Assembly (NCBI RefSeq): GCF_000015225.1
Contig: NC_008698.1
Location: 780,001-812,000, forward strand
Reading direction: 5' to 3'
Origin: Thermofilum pendens Hrk 5
Lineage (GTDB): Archaea; Thermoproteota; Thermoprotei; Thermofilales; Thermofilaceae
Length of the DNA stretch: 32,000 bases
The notes under the pieces are model-generated. The model made no database searches. It saw only the letters and a list, made by a program, of their open reading frames with translations, and was not told the origin of the DNA. The position numbers and the translations under genes were made by a program. Each line of letters starts with the position of its first letter. Within the stretch, counting starts at the first letter, position 1. This document shows positions 8,112-16,112 of the stretch, in pieces.

Positions 8112-8182
8112 TTTTACTTTACACTATTTGTGCACAGAAGCTTCCGACTAATTGGGCAAGAGAGGAAAAGGGGAAAGTACTG

Positions 8183-8959
8183 CTACTGGAGTCCAAGCTC
8201 TTTTAAAGCTTCCTCGCTGCTCTTTCCGGAGTGAATAACCAGCATGAAGGCCTCGGTAGCCTTCGCGGGGTCCTCGTGCTGGAAAATATTCCTGCCTATA
8301 GCTGCTCCCGCCGCGCCCTCGCTGACGGCTTTCTCAACCATTGTCAATGTCTCCTTTAGGGAGGCCTTCTGCCCGCCGAGAACTACCACGGGTGCCGGTA
8401 CACTCTGGGTGACCTTGGAGAACCCGCTTCTGTATACAGTTTTCACAATGTCTGCGCCGAGCTCGACCGCTATTCTCGACGCGTAAGCAACCACGTCTAC
8501 GCCGTACTCCTGGAACTGCGGAGGTTTAGGCACGACCTCCGCCATGACGGGTACGCCGTAGTCTTCTGCTTCCTCGGCTACCCTCGCCAGCTTCTCCCAG
8601 AGGCTCTGCTCATTCCTGCTACCGGGGTATACCATGACGCTTACAGCGTCCGCACCTGCGCGTACGGCTCTCTTCACCGAGGATATCAGCCTATCATCTG
8701 TCTCGTCGAGGCTCTTAACGGCTCCTGTGCCGTCGATGCGCGCTACTATGAAGACCTCGGAGAGCAGGCCGTAGTAGCGCTCGATCATGGCGGGAGTGAC
8801 CATGACGGCGTCCGGGCGCGCCTGCAGAATCGTTGAAAGTGTCTTGCCGAGATCTTCCAGGCCCGGGATTGGTCCGTGGCGTCGGCCGTGGTCCAGCGCG
8901 ACTATCAGCGCCTTCCCGTCGCGGAAGAGCCTTTTAATCCTAACAGCCTTCCCCGTCAT
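8183..8959 (-). CDS. DhnA/FbaB-type class I aldolase (archaeal fructose-bisphosphate aldolase / ADH-synthase family)
   Basis: 258 aa. [19 protein letters not shown] at the N-terminus, [13 protein letters not shown], and a GADIVKTVY strand with the lysine where family members carry the Schiff-base Lys (from memory). ATGA overlap with the upstream gene. Confidence 0.8.
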   Translation of the reverse strand: MTGKAVRIKRLFRDGKALIVALDHGRRHGPIPGLEDLGKTLSTILQARPDAVMVTPAMIERYYGLLSEVFIVARIDGTGAVKSLDETDDRLISSVKRAVRAGADAVSVMVYPGSRNEQSLWEKLARVAEEAEDYGVPVMAEVVPKPPQFQEYGVDVVAYASRIAVELGADIVKTVYRSGFSKVTQSVPAPVVVLGGQKASLKETLTMVEKAVSEGAAGAAIGRNIFQHEDPAKATEAFMLVIHSGKSSEEALKELGLQ

Positions 8960-9339
8960 GGCTCGTACTCCACCCTCACGGGCTCGCCGGACCTAACCCT
9001 CTTCAGCCTTTCAAGGTCGCCGACGACCCTTCCGATTACGTTCACCGGGCTCGCAGGCCTTATTTCGCCACCTCTGCTCGCCGGCGTGGGGCCGAAGAAT
9101 ATGCAGAGAGCCCTGCCGGGAGGCCAGTAAGCCACATCGCCCTTTTCCACAACTTCCTGACCAACCTCCTGCCCGACCCTAGCCGGGGTAGAGAAGTAAA
9201 TTTCGTCACCCCAAAGGTTAACCCTGCTCTCGAACGGCGTTGCTTTTACTATCGCGTCGAGCGTCTTAGGGTTCTTCCCCGTCAGCTCGACTTCCACGAC
9301 GCCTATGCTTTCCGGGAAGATTACCTTAAGCTTCGGCAC
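8956..9339 (-). CDS. cyclophilin-like-fold protein of unknown function (TM1367/PF04126-like)
   Basis: ORF track 8956..9372. GTG 9339 is preferred because GGGGGTGGGG lies upstream and the start is 17 nt after the upstream stop. The sequence [49 protein letters not shown]...[20 protein letters not shown] matches my recollection of that family. Confidence 0.6.
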   Translation of the reverse strand: MPKLKVIFPESIGVVEVELTGKNPKTLDAIVKATPFESRVNLWGDEIYFSTPARVGQEVGQEVVEKGDVAYWPPGRALCIFFGPTPASRGGEIRPASPVNVIGRVVGDLERLKRVRSGEPVRVEYEP

Positions 9340-9355
9340 CGCTACCCCACCCCCG

Positions 9356-10315
9356 TTAGAGCTCGCTCTCAACGAGCCTGAGGAATGCCTCGTAGAGCAC
9401 GCCCTTCGCGGCCTCCACGGGTTCGCGCCAGTGCTGACCTTCCTCCGGCTTTACTTCGAAGCCCACGGCCCCTGTGTACCCTATCTCGAGCAGTACTTTG
9501 AGGAGCTCCTTCACGTCTTCGACCCCATTGACTGCTCCGGGCCTGTAAAAGCCCGGGTGCCAGTCCACTAGCCGCCCGTCGGGTAGGCGCTTAGCGCACC
9601 CTATGTGGATATGCGCCAGGTAGCTCTTCGCTAACTTGAGGTCGGAGGGCTTCTCGCCGAGCATGGGGGCGTGGCTCAGATCCCAGAGCAGGCCGAAGTT
9701 TCCGTGCTCCTCCCTTACGCTCTCTGCCACTTCTACCGCCTCCCTGATAGGCCCTATGAGTTGCTTTTTGTCCCAGTCCCTGTCGAAGGTCTCCAGTATG
9801 ACTGTTACCCCGAACTTCTTCGCCTCGCCCGCTATCTCCTTCAAGCTCTTAATCAGGGCGTCCTTGGCTGCTTCGCGGTTCTCGGGGCCCGGGTCCGGCC
9901 CGCTGGAAAATGCAACCTTGCTTATACCCCTCTCTGCCGAGGTCTTCACTACTTCGACGAGCTTGCTTACAGCTTTCTTTCTCTCAGCTTCCACGAGGGA
10001 AGAGGGGTTAAAGCCCTGCATCAATACGAGGGGTTGGACCCCGCTCGCAACCTCCACGCCGCTTGCCTTCACAAACCCCTCAACAGCCCTCCAAGCCTCG
10101 TCGCCGAGGAGCTGAACCTCTATCACGTCGAAGAACCTGTCCGAGGAGAGAGTGGAGAATGTCTCCTTTAAGGCCTGAATATCCTCCTTAAGTACGGGCG
10201 GGTTGGCCATAAACGCAACGATACTAACTTTCCAGGGGAAAGAGTACACGGCGTCTACGCCTCTCTTTCTGAGAGAAACTGCGAACATGCGAATCGTGTA
10301 TTTTCGCCTCGGCAT
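9356..10315 (-). CDS. xylose-isomerase-like TIM-barrel protein (sugar phosphate isomerase/epimerase family)
   Basis: ORF track 9356..10354, which would overlap the divergent transporter start. ATG 10315 or 10288 is more likely. Metal-ligand-like positions are present: [28 protein letters not shown]. Confidence 0.7.
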   Translation of the reverse strand: MPRRKYTIRMFAVSLRKRGVDAVYSFPWKVSIVAFMANPPVLKEDIQALKETFSTLSSDRFFDVIEVQLLGDEAWRAVEGFVKASGVEVASGVQPLVLMQGFNPSSLVEAERKKAVSKLVEVVKTSAERGISKVAFSSGPDPGPENREAAKDALIKSLKEIAGEAKKFGVTVILETFDRDWDKKQLIGPIREAVEVAESVREEHGNFGLLWDLSHAPMLGEKPSDLKLAKSYLAHIHIGCAKRLPDGRLVDWHPGFYRPGAVNGVEDVKELLKVLLEIGYTGAVGFEVKPEEGQHWREPVEAAKGVLYEAFLRLVESEL

Positions 10316-10346
10316 GCATAAATCCTTTTTGTAATACTGTTTCTGG

Positions 10347-11228
10347 ATGATCAAGGAGCTGCTTGACGTCTACGTACCCATCGCGAGTGGACTAGCATTC
10401 GGGTACTTGAGCAGGCCCGGTGAAGGCGAGCTGAGGCTATTCGCGAGAACCGTGCTCTACGTCTTCCTCACACCGCTCTTATTCACGTCTACCTACCAGA
10501 GGTTATCCTCGTCTCCGGCCTCCGCCCCGCTCGCACTTACCGCTTTAAGCGCTTCGCTCGTCGTCCTGACGTTCGCTATCGCTACTAAGCTTCACGGAGA
10601 CCCAGAGCTCGTGCTGGCCTCTATGTACGCAAACGCCGGGTACATACCACTGGGCATAGCACAGTCATACTGGGGGAGCTACGGCGCATCGGCTGTGGGC
10701 TTCTACATCCTCGGGAACAACTTCGCGTCTAACATCCTAGCACCGCTCGCGCTCGGCGGCGAAAGCGGGAGGCTCAGCCCGCGGAAGGTGCTCGCCTTTC
10801 CCCCCGTGTACGCCATCCTAGCCGCCTCAGCGCTGGCGCTAGCCGGCGTAAAGCTCCCCGAGCTTTTGCTAAGCCCGCTAGCCACTCTCGGAGGCGTCGC
10901 GCCCACAGTGGCGCTCGTGCAGCTCGGGATGGAGGTAGGGGCAAGCGTCGACGCGAACATCGTCGACGGGCTTAAAGCCTACTTCACGCGTCTCTCGGTC
11001 TCAGTACCGCTAACCCTGCTTTTCGTGGAGGCAGGTCTAGCGACGGGCATCGACGCCAAAATCGCCATCGTAGAGTCTGTGATGCCCAGCGCTGTGTCCT
11101 GCGTCGTCATATCCCGCGAGCTGAAACTGGATTCGAGGAGAGTAGCGGGCGTTGTATTCACGTCTACGCTCGTCTCCACGCTCCTCGCGCTACCAGTTAC
11201 CCTGTGGCTTCTGAGCTTCACGCGTTAA
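10347..11228 (+). CDS. AEC (auxin-efflux-carrier) family membrane transporter
   Basis: 293 aa and almost entirely hydrophobic, with two homologous halves. Size and pattern are typical of PF03547-type permeases. ATAAAT lies about 26 nt upstream. Confidence 0.65.
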   Translation: MIKELLDVYVPIASGLAFGYLSRPGEGELRLFARTVLYVFLTPLLFTSTYQRLSSSPASAPLALTALSASLVVLTFAIATKLHGDPELVLASMYANAGYIPLGIAQSYWGSYGASAVGFYILGNNFASNILAPLALGGESGRLSPRKVLAFPPVYAILAASALALAGVKLPELLLSPLATLGGVAPTVALVQLGMEVGASVDANIVDGLKAYFTRLSVSVPLTLLFVEAGLATGIDAKIAIVESVMPSAVSCVVISRELKLDSRRVAGVVFTSTLVSTLLALPVTLWLLSFTR

Positions 11229-11252
11229 CACGCTCGCTCATCCTTGTGAACG

Positions 11253-12212
11253 CTACCTAGAGCCTTCTAGCGACGCTCTAGGCATGCCCTTCGATACCGA
11301 AGCCCACCCCCTCACGAACACCTCGCAGTTCGTGTACTCGGCGTAGGACCCCGACCCGTCAATCGCTATGACTCCGACAGTGTTCTCCCCGAACTTGCTG
11401 GTAACGCTGGAAACAACCTCTCTAAGAGCATCCTCGACGCGCGCACCGCTCCTCACCAAGGAGGCGATCCGCGCCGCGAGCGTCGACCTCAGGATGACCT
11501 CTCCGATACCGGTCGCGGAAACGGCGACCACGCCGTTCTCGGCGTAGACCCCCGCTCCGGGGATTGGGGAGTCTCCCACTCTGCCGGGTAGCTTCAGGAA
11601 GAGCCCACCCGTCGACGTTGCGGCAGCGAGGTTCCCTTCGGAGTCTATCGCAACCGCGCCGACCGTGTCTCCGAGAAAGACTTCGGCCACGGAGTAGTTC
11701 CTGCTCCACAGGTAGTACTCCTTGCTTGCCAACAGCCTCCTGTACTCCTCATACCTCCTGAGAGCCCTCGGAGAAGGTCCCGGGTGAGGCTCGAAGCCTA
11801 AACGCTCGGCAAGCGCGTCTGCCCCCGGTCCAACCAGCAGTACGTGGTCGGTCTTCTCCATGACTACCCGGGCGAGAGACACAGCGTTCCACGTCCTCCT
11901 CAGGGATGCAACAGCACCCACGGAGAGGTCCTTCCCCCACATTATCCCGGCGTCCAGCTCCACCTCCCCCTTTAGGTTCAGCGCAGCCCCCTTCCCTGCG
12001 TTGAAAACGCCGGAAGCCTCCATACTTTTAACAGCCTCCTCCACGGCGTCGAGAGAGGTTCCACCCCTGAGAGCCTCGAGCCCCCTCTTCAACGCCTCGA
12101 TCAAGGCATTCTCGATCTCCCTCTTCTCCTCGGGCTCGATCTTTCTCGCTCTTCCAGCTCCACCGTGCACCGCGACCGTTGGGATTATGTTAGCGCACAC
12201 ATCGCTCTTCAA
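11253..12212 (-). CDS. isoaspartyl peptidase / plant-type L-asparaginase (Ntn hydrolase)
   Basis: VAVHGGAG near the N-terminus. GDTVGAVAIDSEGNLAAATSTGG contains the autoprocessing Thr. GRVGDSPIPGAG is also present. The start is either TTG 12212 or GTG 12200; a TTTTTAA box about 25 nt upstream favours 12200. Confidence 0.88.
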   Translation of the reverse strand: MKSDVCANIIPTVAVHGGAGRARKIEPEEKREIENALIEALKRGLEALRGGTSLDAVEEAVKSMEASGVFNAGKGAALNLKGEVELDAGIMWGKDLSVGAVASLRRTWNAVSLARVVMEKTDHVLLVGPGADALAERLGFEPHPGPSPRALRRYEEYRRLLASKEYYLWSRNYSVAEVFLGDTVGAVAIDSEGNLAAATSTGGLFLKLPGRVGDSPIPGAGVYAENGVVAVSATGIGEVILRSTLAARIASLVRSGARVEDALREVVSSVTSKFGENTVGVIAIDGSGSYAEYTNCEVFVRGWASVSKGMPRASLEGSR

Positions 12213-12366
12213 TTTAACCAGGGTTAAAAACTATGCTCACGACGCACGGGCTGGAGTGTCGAAGATGTTAAAGTATAAAACCAGCCGGGAAAGGTGCCCG
12301 ACTTTTCCTTGCGTAAAGGGAGCGAAAAATCTATAAGGGGCCGTCTAGCCTTAACTTCGAAAGCCT

Positions 12367-12537
12367 ATGAGCCTAAAAGCCTGGCTAGAAGAGGAGGAAG
12401 AGTTCCCAGAAGAAGAGGAGGAATGGGAGGAGGAAGAGGAAGAAGAATGGGAGGACTTCGAGGAAGAGGAGGAAGAGGAATTCCCCGAAGAGGAGGAAGA
12501 GTGGGAGGAGGAAGAGGAAGAAGAGGAAGAGTTCTAA
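12367..12537 (+). CDS. 56-aa hyper-acidic Trp/Phe-punctuated micro-protein (candidate)
   Basis: Not in the ORF track. The ATG opens MSLKAWLEEEEEFPEEEEEWEEEEEEEWEDFEEEEEEEFPEEEEEWEEEEEEEEEF, ending at TAA. AAAAATCTATAA lies 31-42 nt upstream, and a hairpin plus T-rich stretch lies directly downstream. It competes with the Arg/Gly-rich frame 12294..12560. Confidence 0.45.
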   Translation: MSLKAWLEEEEEFPEEEEEWEEEEEEEWEDFEEEEEEEFPEEEEEWEEEEEEEEEF

Positions 12538-12547
12538 GAGCAACCTG

Positions 12548-12570
12548 CCTAGAACCCTAGGTATTTTCTC
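12548..12570 (+). terminator. hairpin (CCTAG-AACC-CTAGG) followed by TATTTTCTC
   Basis: Begins 11 nt after the TAA of the acidic ORF: a 5-bp stem, then a T-rich run. Confidence 0.3.
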
Positions 12571-12733
12571 TACACTCTTCGGGAAACCCCCGAAAAGATG
12601 CTACTTGTTGCTTTGACACAGCATCAAAGCCTGTAGCTTGAAAAGAGTCTTCGTTGTTACTGCTTTTTTACATTTGAAGAGAAAAAAATTTATACCGCAT
12701 AGCACTCGTCAGGGTGCAGTATATATGGTTTTG

Positions 12734-12742
12734 CTTATATAC
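12734..12742 (+). promoter_or_regulatory. TATA box (CTTATATAC) for gdhA
   Basis: 29-37 nt upstream of ATG 12771, inside a 230-bp A/T-rich intergenic region. Confidence 0.45.
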
Positions 12743-12770
12743 AGGTCTTGCGTTTAAGTAAACGGTAAAC

Positions 12771-14030
12771 ATGACTTACGAAAACGACCCCGTGTATCAG
12801 ATGGCCGTCAAGCAGCTGACAGAGAGCGCGAAGATCCTCAACCTCCCCGAAGACGTAGTGGAGGTTCTGAAGCACCCTGAGAGGCTTCTGCACGTGAAGA
12901 TCCCGGTGAAGCTGGACAACGGTAGGATAGCAGTTTTCCACGGGTGGAGAAGCCAGCACAACAGCGCGCTAGGCCCGTACAAGGGAGGAATACGCTACCA
13001 CCCGAACGTCACGGAGGGGGAGGTAGTAGCTCTCTCCATGTGGATGACGTGGAAGAATGCTCTGGCTGGCATTCCCTACGGCGGAGGAAAGGGAGGAGTT
13101 AAAGTCAATCCCAAGGAGCTTTCACCGAGGGAGCTCGAAGAGCTTTCGAGGAAGTACTTCGCGGCGATATCCAGGATCGTGGGAGAAGACATAGACATCC
13201 CGGCGCCCGATGTCTACACGAACCCCCAGACTATGGCTTGGTACATGGACGAGTACAGCAAGATAGTGGGCTACAACGCCTGGGGAGTTGTCACCGCGAA
13301 GCCCAAGGAGATAGGCGGCCTGTACGCGAGGATCGTGAGCACAGGTCTAGGCACTGCTATCGCGGCAAGAGAGGCTGCTAAAAGAGTGCTCGACGGTGTC
13401 GAGAACAAGACAGTAGCCGTGCAGGGGTTCGGCAACGTAGGGATGTACGCCGCTAAGTACCTGAGCGAGTGGGGAGCAAAGGTCGTCGCCGTCACCGATA
13501 GCAAGGGCGGCGTGTACAACCCCGCAGGGCTGAACGTCGAGGAACTGATAAAGGTGAAGGAGGAGACAGGCGCGGTCGCGAACTACAAGGACTACAAGAA
13601 GACAATCACGAACGAGGAGATACTCGAGCTCGACGTGGACATACTTATCCCGGCGGCAGTCGAGAACGTCATAACGAAGGACAACGCGCCGCGCGTGAAG
13701 GCGAAGATCATAAGCGAGGGAGCGAACGGCCCCACGACGCCTGAAGCCGACGAAATACTGAGGAAGAAGGGCGCAGTGGTGGTACCAGACATACTCGCCA
13801 ACGCTGGCGGAGTCGTCATGAGCTGGATCGAGTGGGCGAACAACAGGATGGGGAACTGGCTGACGGAGGAGGAGGCCCTGGCGCGACTCGAGAAGAAGAT
13901 GGTCGAAAACTTCAACACGGTTTACAACGAGTGGCAGAAACGCTTCCACGAGTACCCAATGCGCGTAGCGGCATACGCTATCGCCGTAGAGAGAGTCGTA
14001 ACAGCGATGAAGCTTCGCGGCTGGATCTAA
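12771..14030 (+). CDS. gdhA: glutamate dehydrogenase
   Basis: 419 aa. GPYKGGIRYHP, the GGGKGG catalytic-lysine loop, the VAVQGFGNVG dinucleotide fold, and NAGGV near the C-terminus. Confidence 0.97.
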   Translation: MTYENDPVYQMAVKQLTESAKILNLPEDVVEVLKHPERLLHVKIPVKLDNGRIAVFHGWRSQHNSALGPYKGGIRYHPNVTEGEVVALSMWMTWKNALAGIPYGGGKGGVKVNPKELSPRELEELSRKYFAAISRIVGEDIDIPAPDVYTNPQTMAWYMDEYSKIVGYNAWGVVTAKPKEIGGLYARIVSTGLGTAIAAREAAKRVLDGVENKTVAVQGFGNVGMYAAKYLSEWGAKVVAVTDSKGGVYNPAGLNVEELIKVKEETGAVANYKDYKKTITNEEILELDVDILIPAAVENVITKDNAPRVKAKIISEGANGPTTPEADEILRKKGAVVVPDILANAGGVVMSWIEWANNRMGNWLTEEEALARLEKKMVENFNTVYNEWQKRFHEYPMRVAAYAIAVERVVTAMKLRGWI

Positions 14031-14617
14031 ACATCGTTAAAACTTTTCTTCTTTTTCTTCTCCTTGGAACGCCTCCTAGACACCATGTAGTACGCAATCG
14101 GTGTGGATAGTGCTAGTATAGCTAGCACCGGGGTCCACTCGACCGAGGATTGCCGGGGCGCCTCGCGGGGTTGGACGGCTACGTCGACTGTGGTTATTAC
14201 CGGGTCGTGGTTATCCGCAACCGCCGTTACGATGATCCTTCCCCGCTCCGCCTCCCTACATGCAACGAACACTGTGAATCTTCTGAGGCTGTGGCCCGGG
14301 AACGTACCAAGGAAGAATGTCAGGTTCTTCTTCCAGTTCTCCCCGTCCGTCGACAAGTAGGCACACCCCGCAGCCACCACAGACAGGTAGGTGTTTTCAG
14401 CGGGAGCGTCGCCCACGTTGGATACCGTGCACACGAGTACTCCTACGGATCCCTGCGTGATGTTCAGAGACGGGGGAGCGTATACCAGGAGCCTGGGGTA
14501 TCCTTGAACCTCGACGCGGGGAGATTCGCCCCTAAGAGTGCCCGCGGAGAAAGCGTTAACTGCTAGAAGCGTGGCGAGGAGTAGCAGTGAAAGCCCTAGT
14601 AGCACGCGCCGGCTCAT
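14027..14617 (-). CDS. secreted, C-terminally membrane-anchored Ig-like (CARDB/DUF11-like) surface protein
   Basis: ORF track 14027..14689, trimmed to ATG 14617 (MSRRVLLGLSLLLLATLLAVNAFSAG signal). It contains VGVLVCTVSNVGDAPAENTYLSV, and a C-terminal TM (WTPVLAILALSTPIAYYMV) followed by RRRSKEKKKKK. A TATA-like AGTTATACTTAAGA lies 30 nt upstream. Confidence 0.7.
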   Translation of the reverse strand: MSRRVLLGLSLLLLATLLAVNAFSAGTLRGESPRVEVQGYPRLLVYAPPSLNITQGSVGVLVCTVSNVGDAPAENTYLSVVAAGCAYLSTDGENWKKNLTFFLGTFPGHSLRRFTVFVACREAERGRIIVTAVADNHDPVITTVDVAVQPREAPRQSSVEWTPVLAILALSTPIAYYMVSRRRSKEKKKKKSFNDV

Positions 14618-14661
14618 ATCAAGTAACCCGTGAGTGTTGCTCTTAAGTATAACTTGTGCCC

Positions 14662-15138
14662 TTACGGAGGTGTTTTCTGAGCCTCGCACACCACCAGCAC
14701 CTCGCTGGAACCCCCGACTGGTAGGAGTAGGTCGTACCTCTCGCTAAGGGAGGATCCGTTCGTGGCGTACACTTTCCAGCTACCGTTACACGGCTCGCCG
14801 CGGACGGATTCTACCCACACGCGCACCCCGTCGCTTCTCACGGCAACCTCGTAGTGCTTCGAGATCACAGCGAGTAGCGTGCTTCCGGAGAGGTACGTTC
14901 CGTTTGTGCATGTCATCCGTGACAGCTCGGTGGAGGAGTTGACGGCGAGGCATACGCGTACGTTTACGGGGGAGTAAGCATCGACGGAGTAGCTCTTCTC
15001 CACCGCGCCGAGGTATTTCAAAGCGTTGTCCAGAATCCTGGAGGTCTTCTCCAGTGTTAGTAGTAGGTAGGATGCCAAAGCAATCGATAGGACGGACATG
15101 AGTATGCCCAGCAACGCCAGTAGCTTCGCGTAGCTCAT
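14662..15138 (-). CDS. N-terminally anchored/secreted protein with several N-x-S/T sequons (possibly DUF4430-like beta-grasp)
   Basis: ORF track 14662..15147 (GTG); ATG 15138 gives MSYAKLLALLGILMSVLSIALASYLLL. Sequons NSS, NGT, NGS and NGS are present. The C-terminal GSWKVYATNGSSLSERYDLLLPVGGSSEVLVV is reminiscent of DUF4430 (a weak recollection). Confidence 0.65.
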   Translation of the reverse strand: MSYAKLLALLGILMSVLSIALASYLLLTLEKTSRILDNALKYLGAVEKSYSVDAYSPVNVRVCLAVNSSTELSRMTCTNGTYLSGSTLLAVISKHYEVAVRSDGVRVWVESVRGEPCNGSWKVYATNGSSLSERYDLLLPVGGSSEVLVVCEAQKTPP

Positions 15139-15210
15139 CCCGCCCACCGACGCAGACTACGTAAACTTCGCAGGCGCTATAAAGTCTTCTCGACGCGCGC
15201 GGCTACGAAG

Positions 15211-15220
15211 CTTTATAAGT
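15211..15220 (+). promoter_or_regulatory. TATA box (CTTTATAAGT) for the 15243 membrane-protein gene
   Basis: Centre is 28 nt upstream of ATG 15243. A second box, GCTATAAAGTC (15176-15186), faces the divergent gene. Confidence 0.45.
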
Positions 15221-15242
15221 ACGCTTATCTTCTGGAAAAGGT

Positions 15243-15974
15243 ATGAGTAGAGCGCTAATACTACAGTATCTCCTCGGCCTCGTCTTGATGGTACTCTTCG
15301 CTTACATGAACGCGAACTACCCGGATAAGACGTGGCTTTTCTTTATTCTCTACTTCACGGCTTTCATGGTTATAATGATGGTTGTAACTGGGCGTCACGC
15401 GAGGAGCGTCTTGAGGGACCTTGAAGAGGTGAAAAGCGGGGAAATCCTCTACTCTTCAAAGCCCGACGAAGTGCTTAAACTCAGGGAAAAAGACTTCCAG
15501 CTCACCCAGCCGGAGCTCATGGCACAGTTCAAGGCAAGCATGATCCCACTTTTATCGCTAGTAGTATTTATCCTCGTATTCTACATACCTGGCTTCAGGG
15601 AGTTCTTTACAGGTCTAGGTAAGAGCATGGCTTTAGACGAGAAGACGGCGAACTTTCTAAGCTTCCTCGCGCTCTACGGGTTCTTCTACGCATTCTCCTT
15701 GGCTACGGGGCTCTACGCGCGCAGGCTTCAGTCAAAGACGGGCTCTCTCATTATTGCTACATCTTACACTGTAACCTCCAAGGGGATCATAGTGGACGAA
15801 AGAACCCCGGTGAAGTTCCCCTGGAAAGGCGACATCATCGTTGACTCGAGAAGGAAGTTCGTACAGCTAAACATAACCCAACAAATAATGGGAACATCAA
15901 TCACGCAGAAGATCAGGCTCTACAACCCGGAGCCAAGCAAGCTCGCCAACATACTAAAGAGCTACAAAGCATAG
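15243..15974 (+). CDS. membrane protein: four TM segments plus a C-terminal soluble beta-rich domain; family uncertain
   Basis: 243 aa with two hydrophobic hairpins (residues about 5-50 and 100-160). The tail is SYTVTSKGIIVDERTPVKFPWKGDIIVDSRRKFVQLNI. Confidence 0.7.
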   Translation: MSRALILQYLLGLVLMVLFAYMNANYPDKTWLFFILYFTAFMVIMMVVTGRHARSVLRDLEEVKSGEILYSSKPDEVLKLREKDFQLTQPELMAQFKASMIPLLSLVVFILVFYIPGFREFFTGLGKSMALDEKTANFLSFLALYGFFYAFSLATGLYARRLQSKTGSLIIATSYTVTSKGIIVDERTPVKFPWKGDIIVDSRRKFVQLNITQQIMGTSITQKIRLYNPEPSKLANILKSYKA

Positions 15975-16072
15975 CATCCACAGTGCGCATCGCCGAGGGC
16001 ATGGGGCGCGCGAGGCTTTTAGGTGCGTAGCCGCATAACCGTCTATGCAGACCCGCTATGCAAGTGTGAGGA

Positions 16073-16086
16073 AAAGCTTTTAAGCA
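16073..16086 (+). promoter_or_regulatory. TATA-like box (AAAGCTTTTAAGCA) upstream of tRNA-Gly
   Basis: Centre is about 32 nt upstream of tRNA position 1 (16113). A further T7AATT stretch follows at 16091-16100. Confidence 0.35.
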
Positions 16087-16112
16087 TGCTTTTTTTAATT
16101 CCTTGAACTTTG

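Noticed and set aside
8074-8182. A/T-rich spacers (also 12560-12770 and 23300-23400) as possible replication origins
   Set aside because: I could not find ORB or mini-ORB-like inverted repeats, and there is no cdc6/orc1 gene nearby. They are adequately explained as promoter regions.
12294-12560. 88-aa Arg/Gly-rich ORF as the primary call for this locus
   Set aside because: This is not fully excluded; see the corresponding finding. Its GTG start lies only 14-24 nt from the nearest A/T box, so the likely TSS falls inside it. Its N-terminal 30 residues look non-coding. The acidic frame has a clean ATG, well-spaced A/T box and regular aromatic periodicity.
13347-13949. 200-aa minus-strand ORF, with other minus ORFs at 13271-13918
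   Set aside because: They lie inside gdhA, whose identity is unambiguous.
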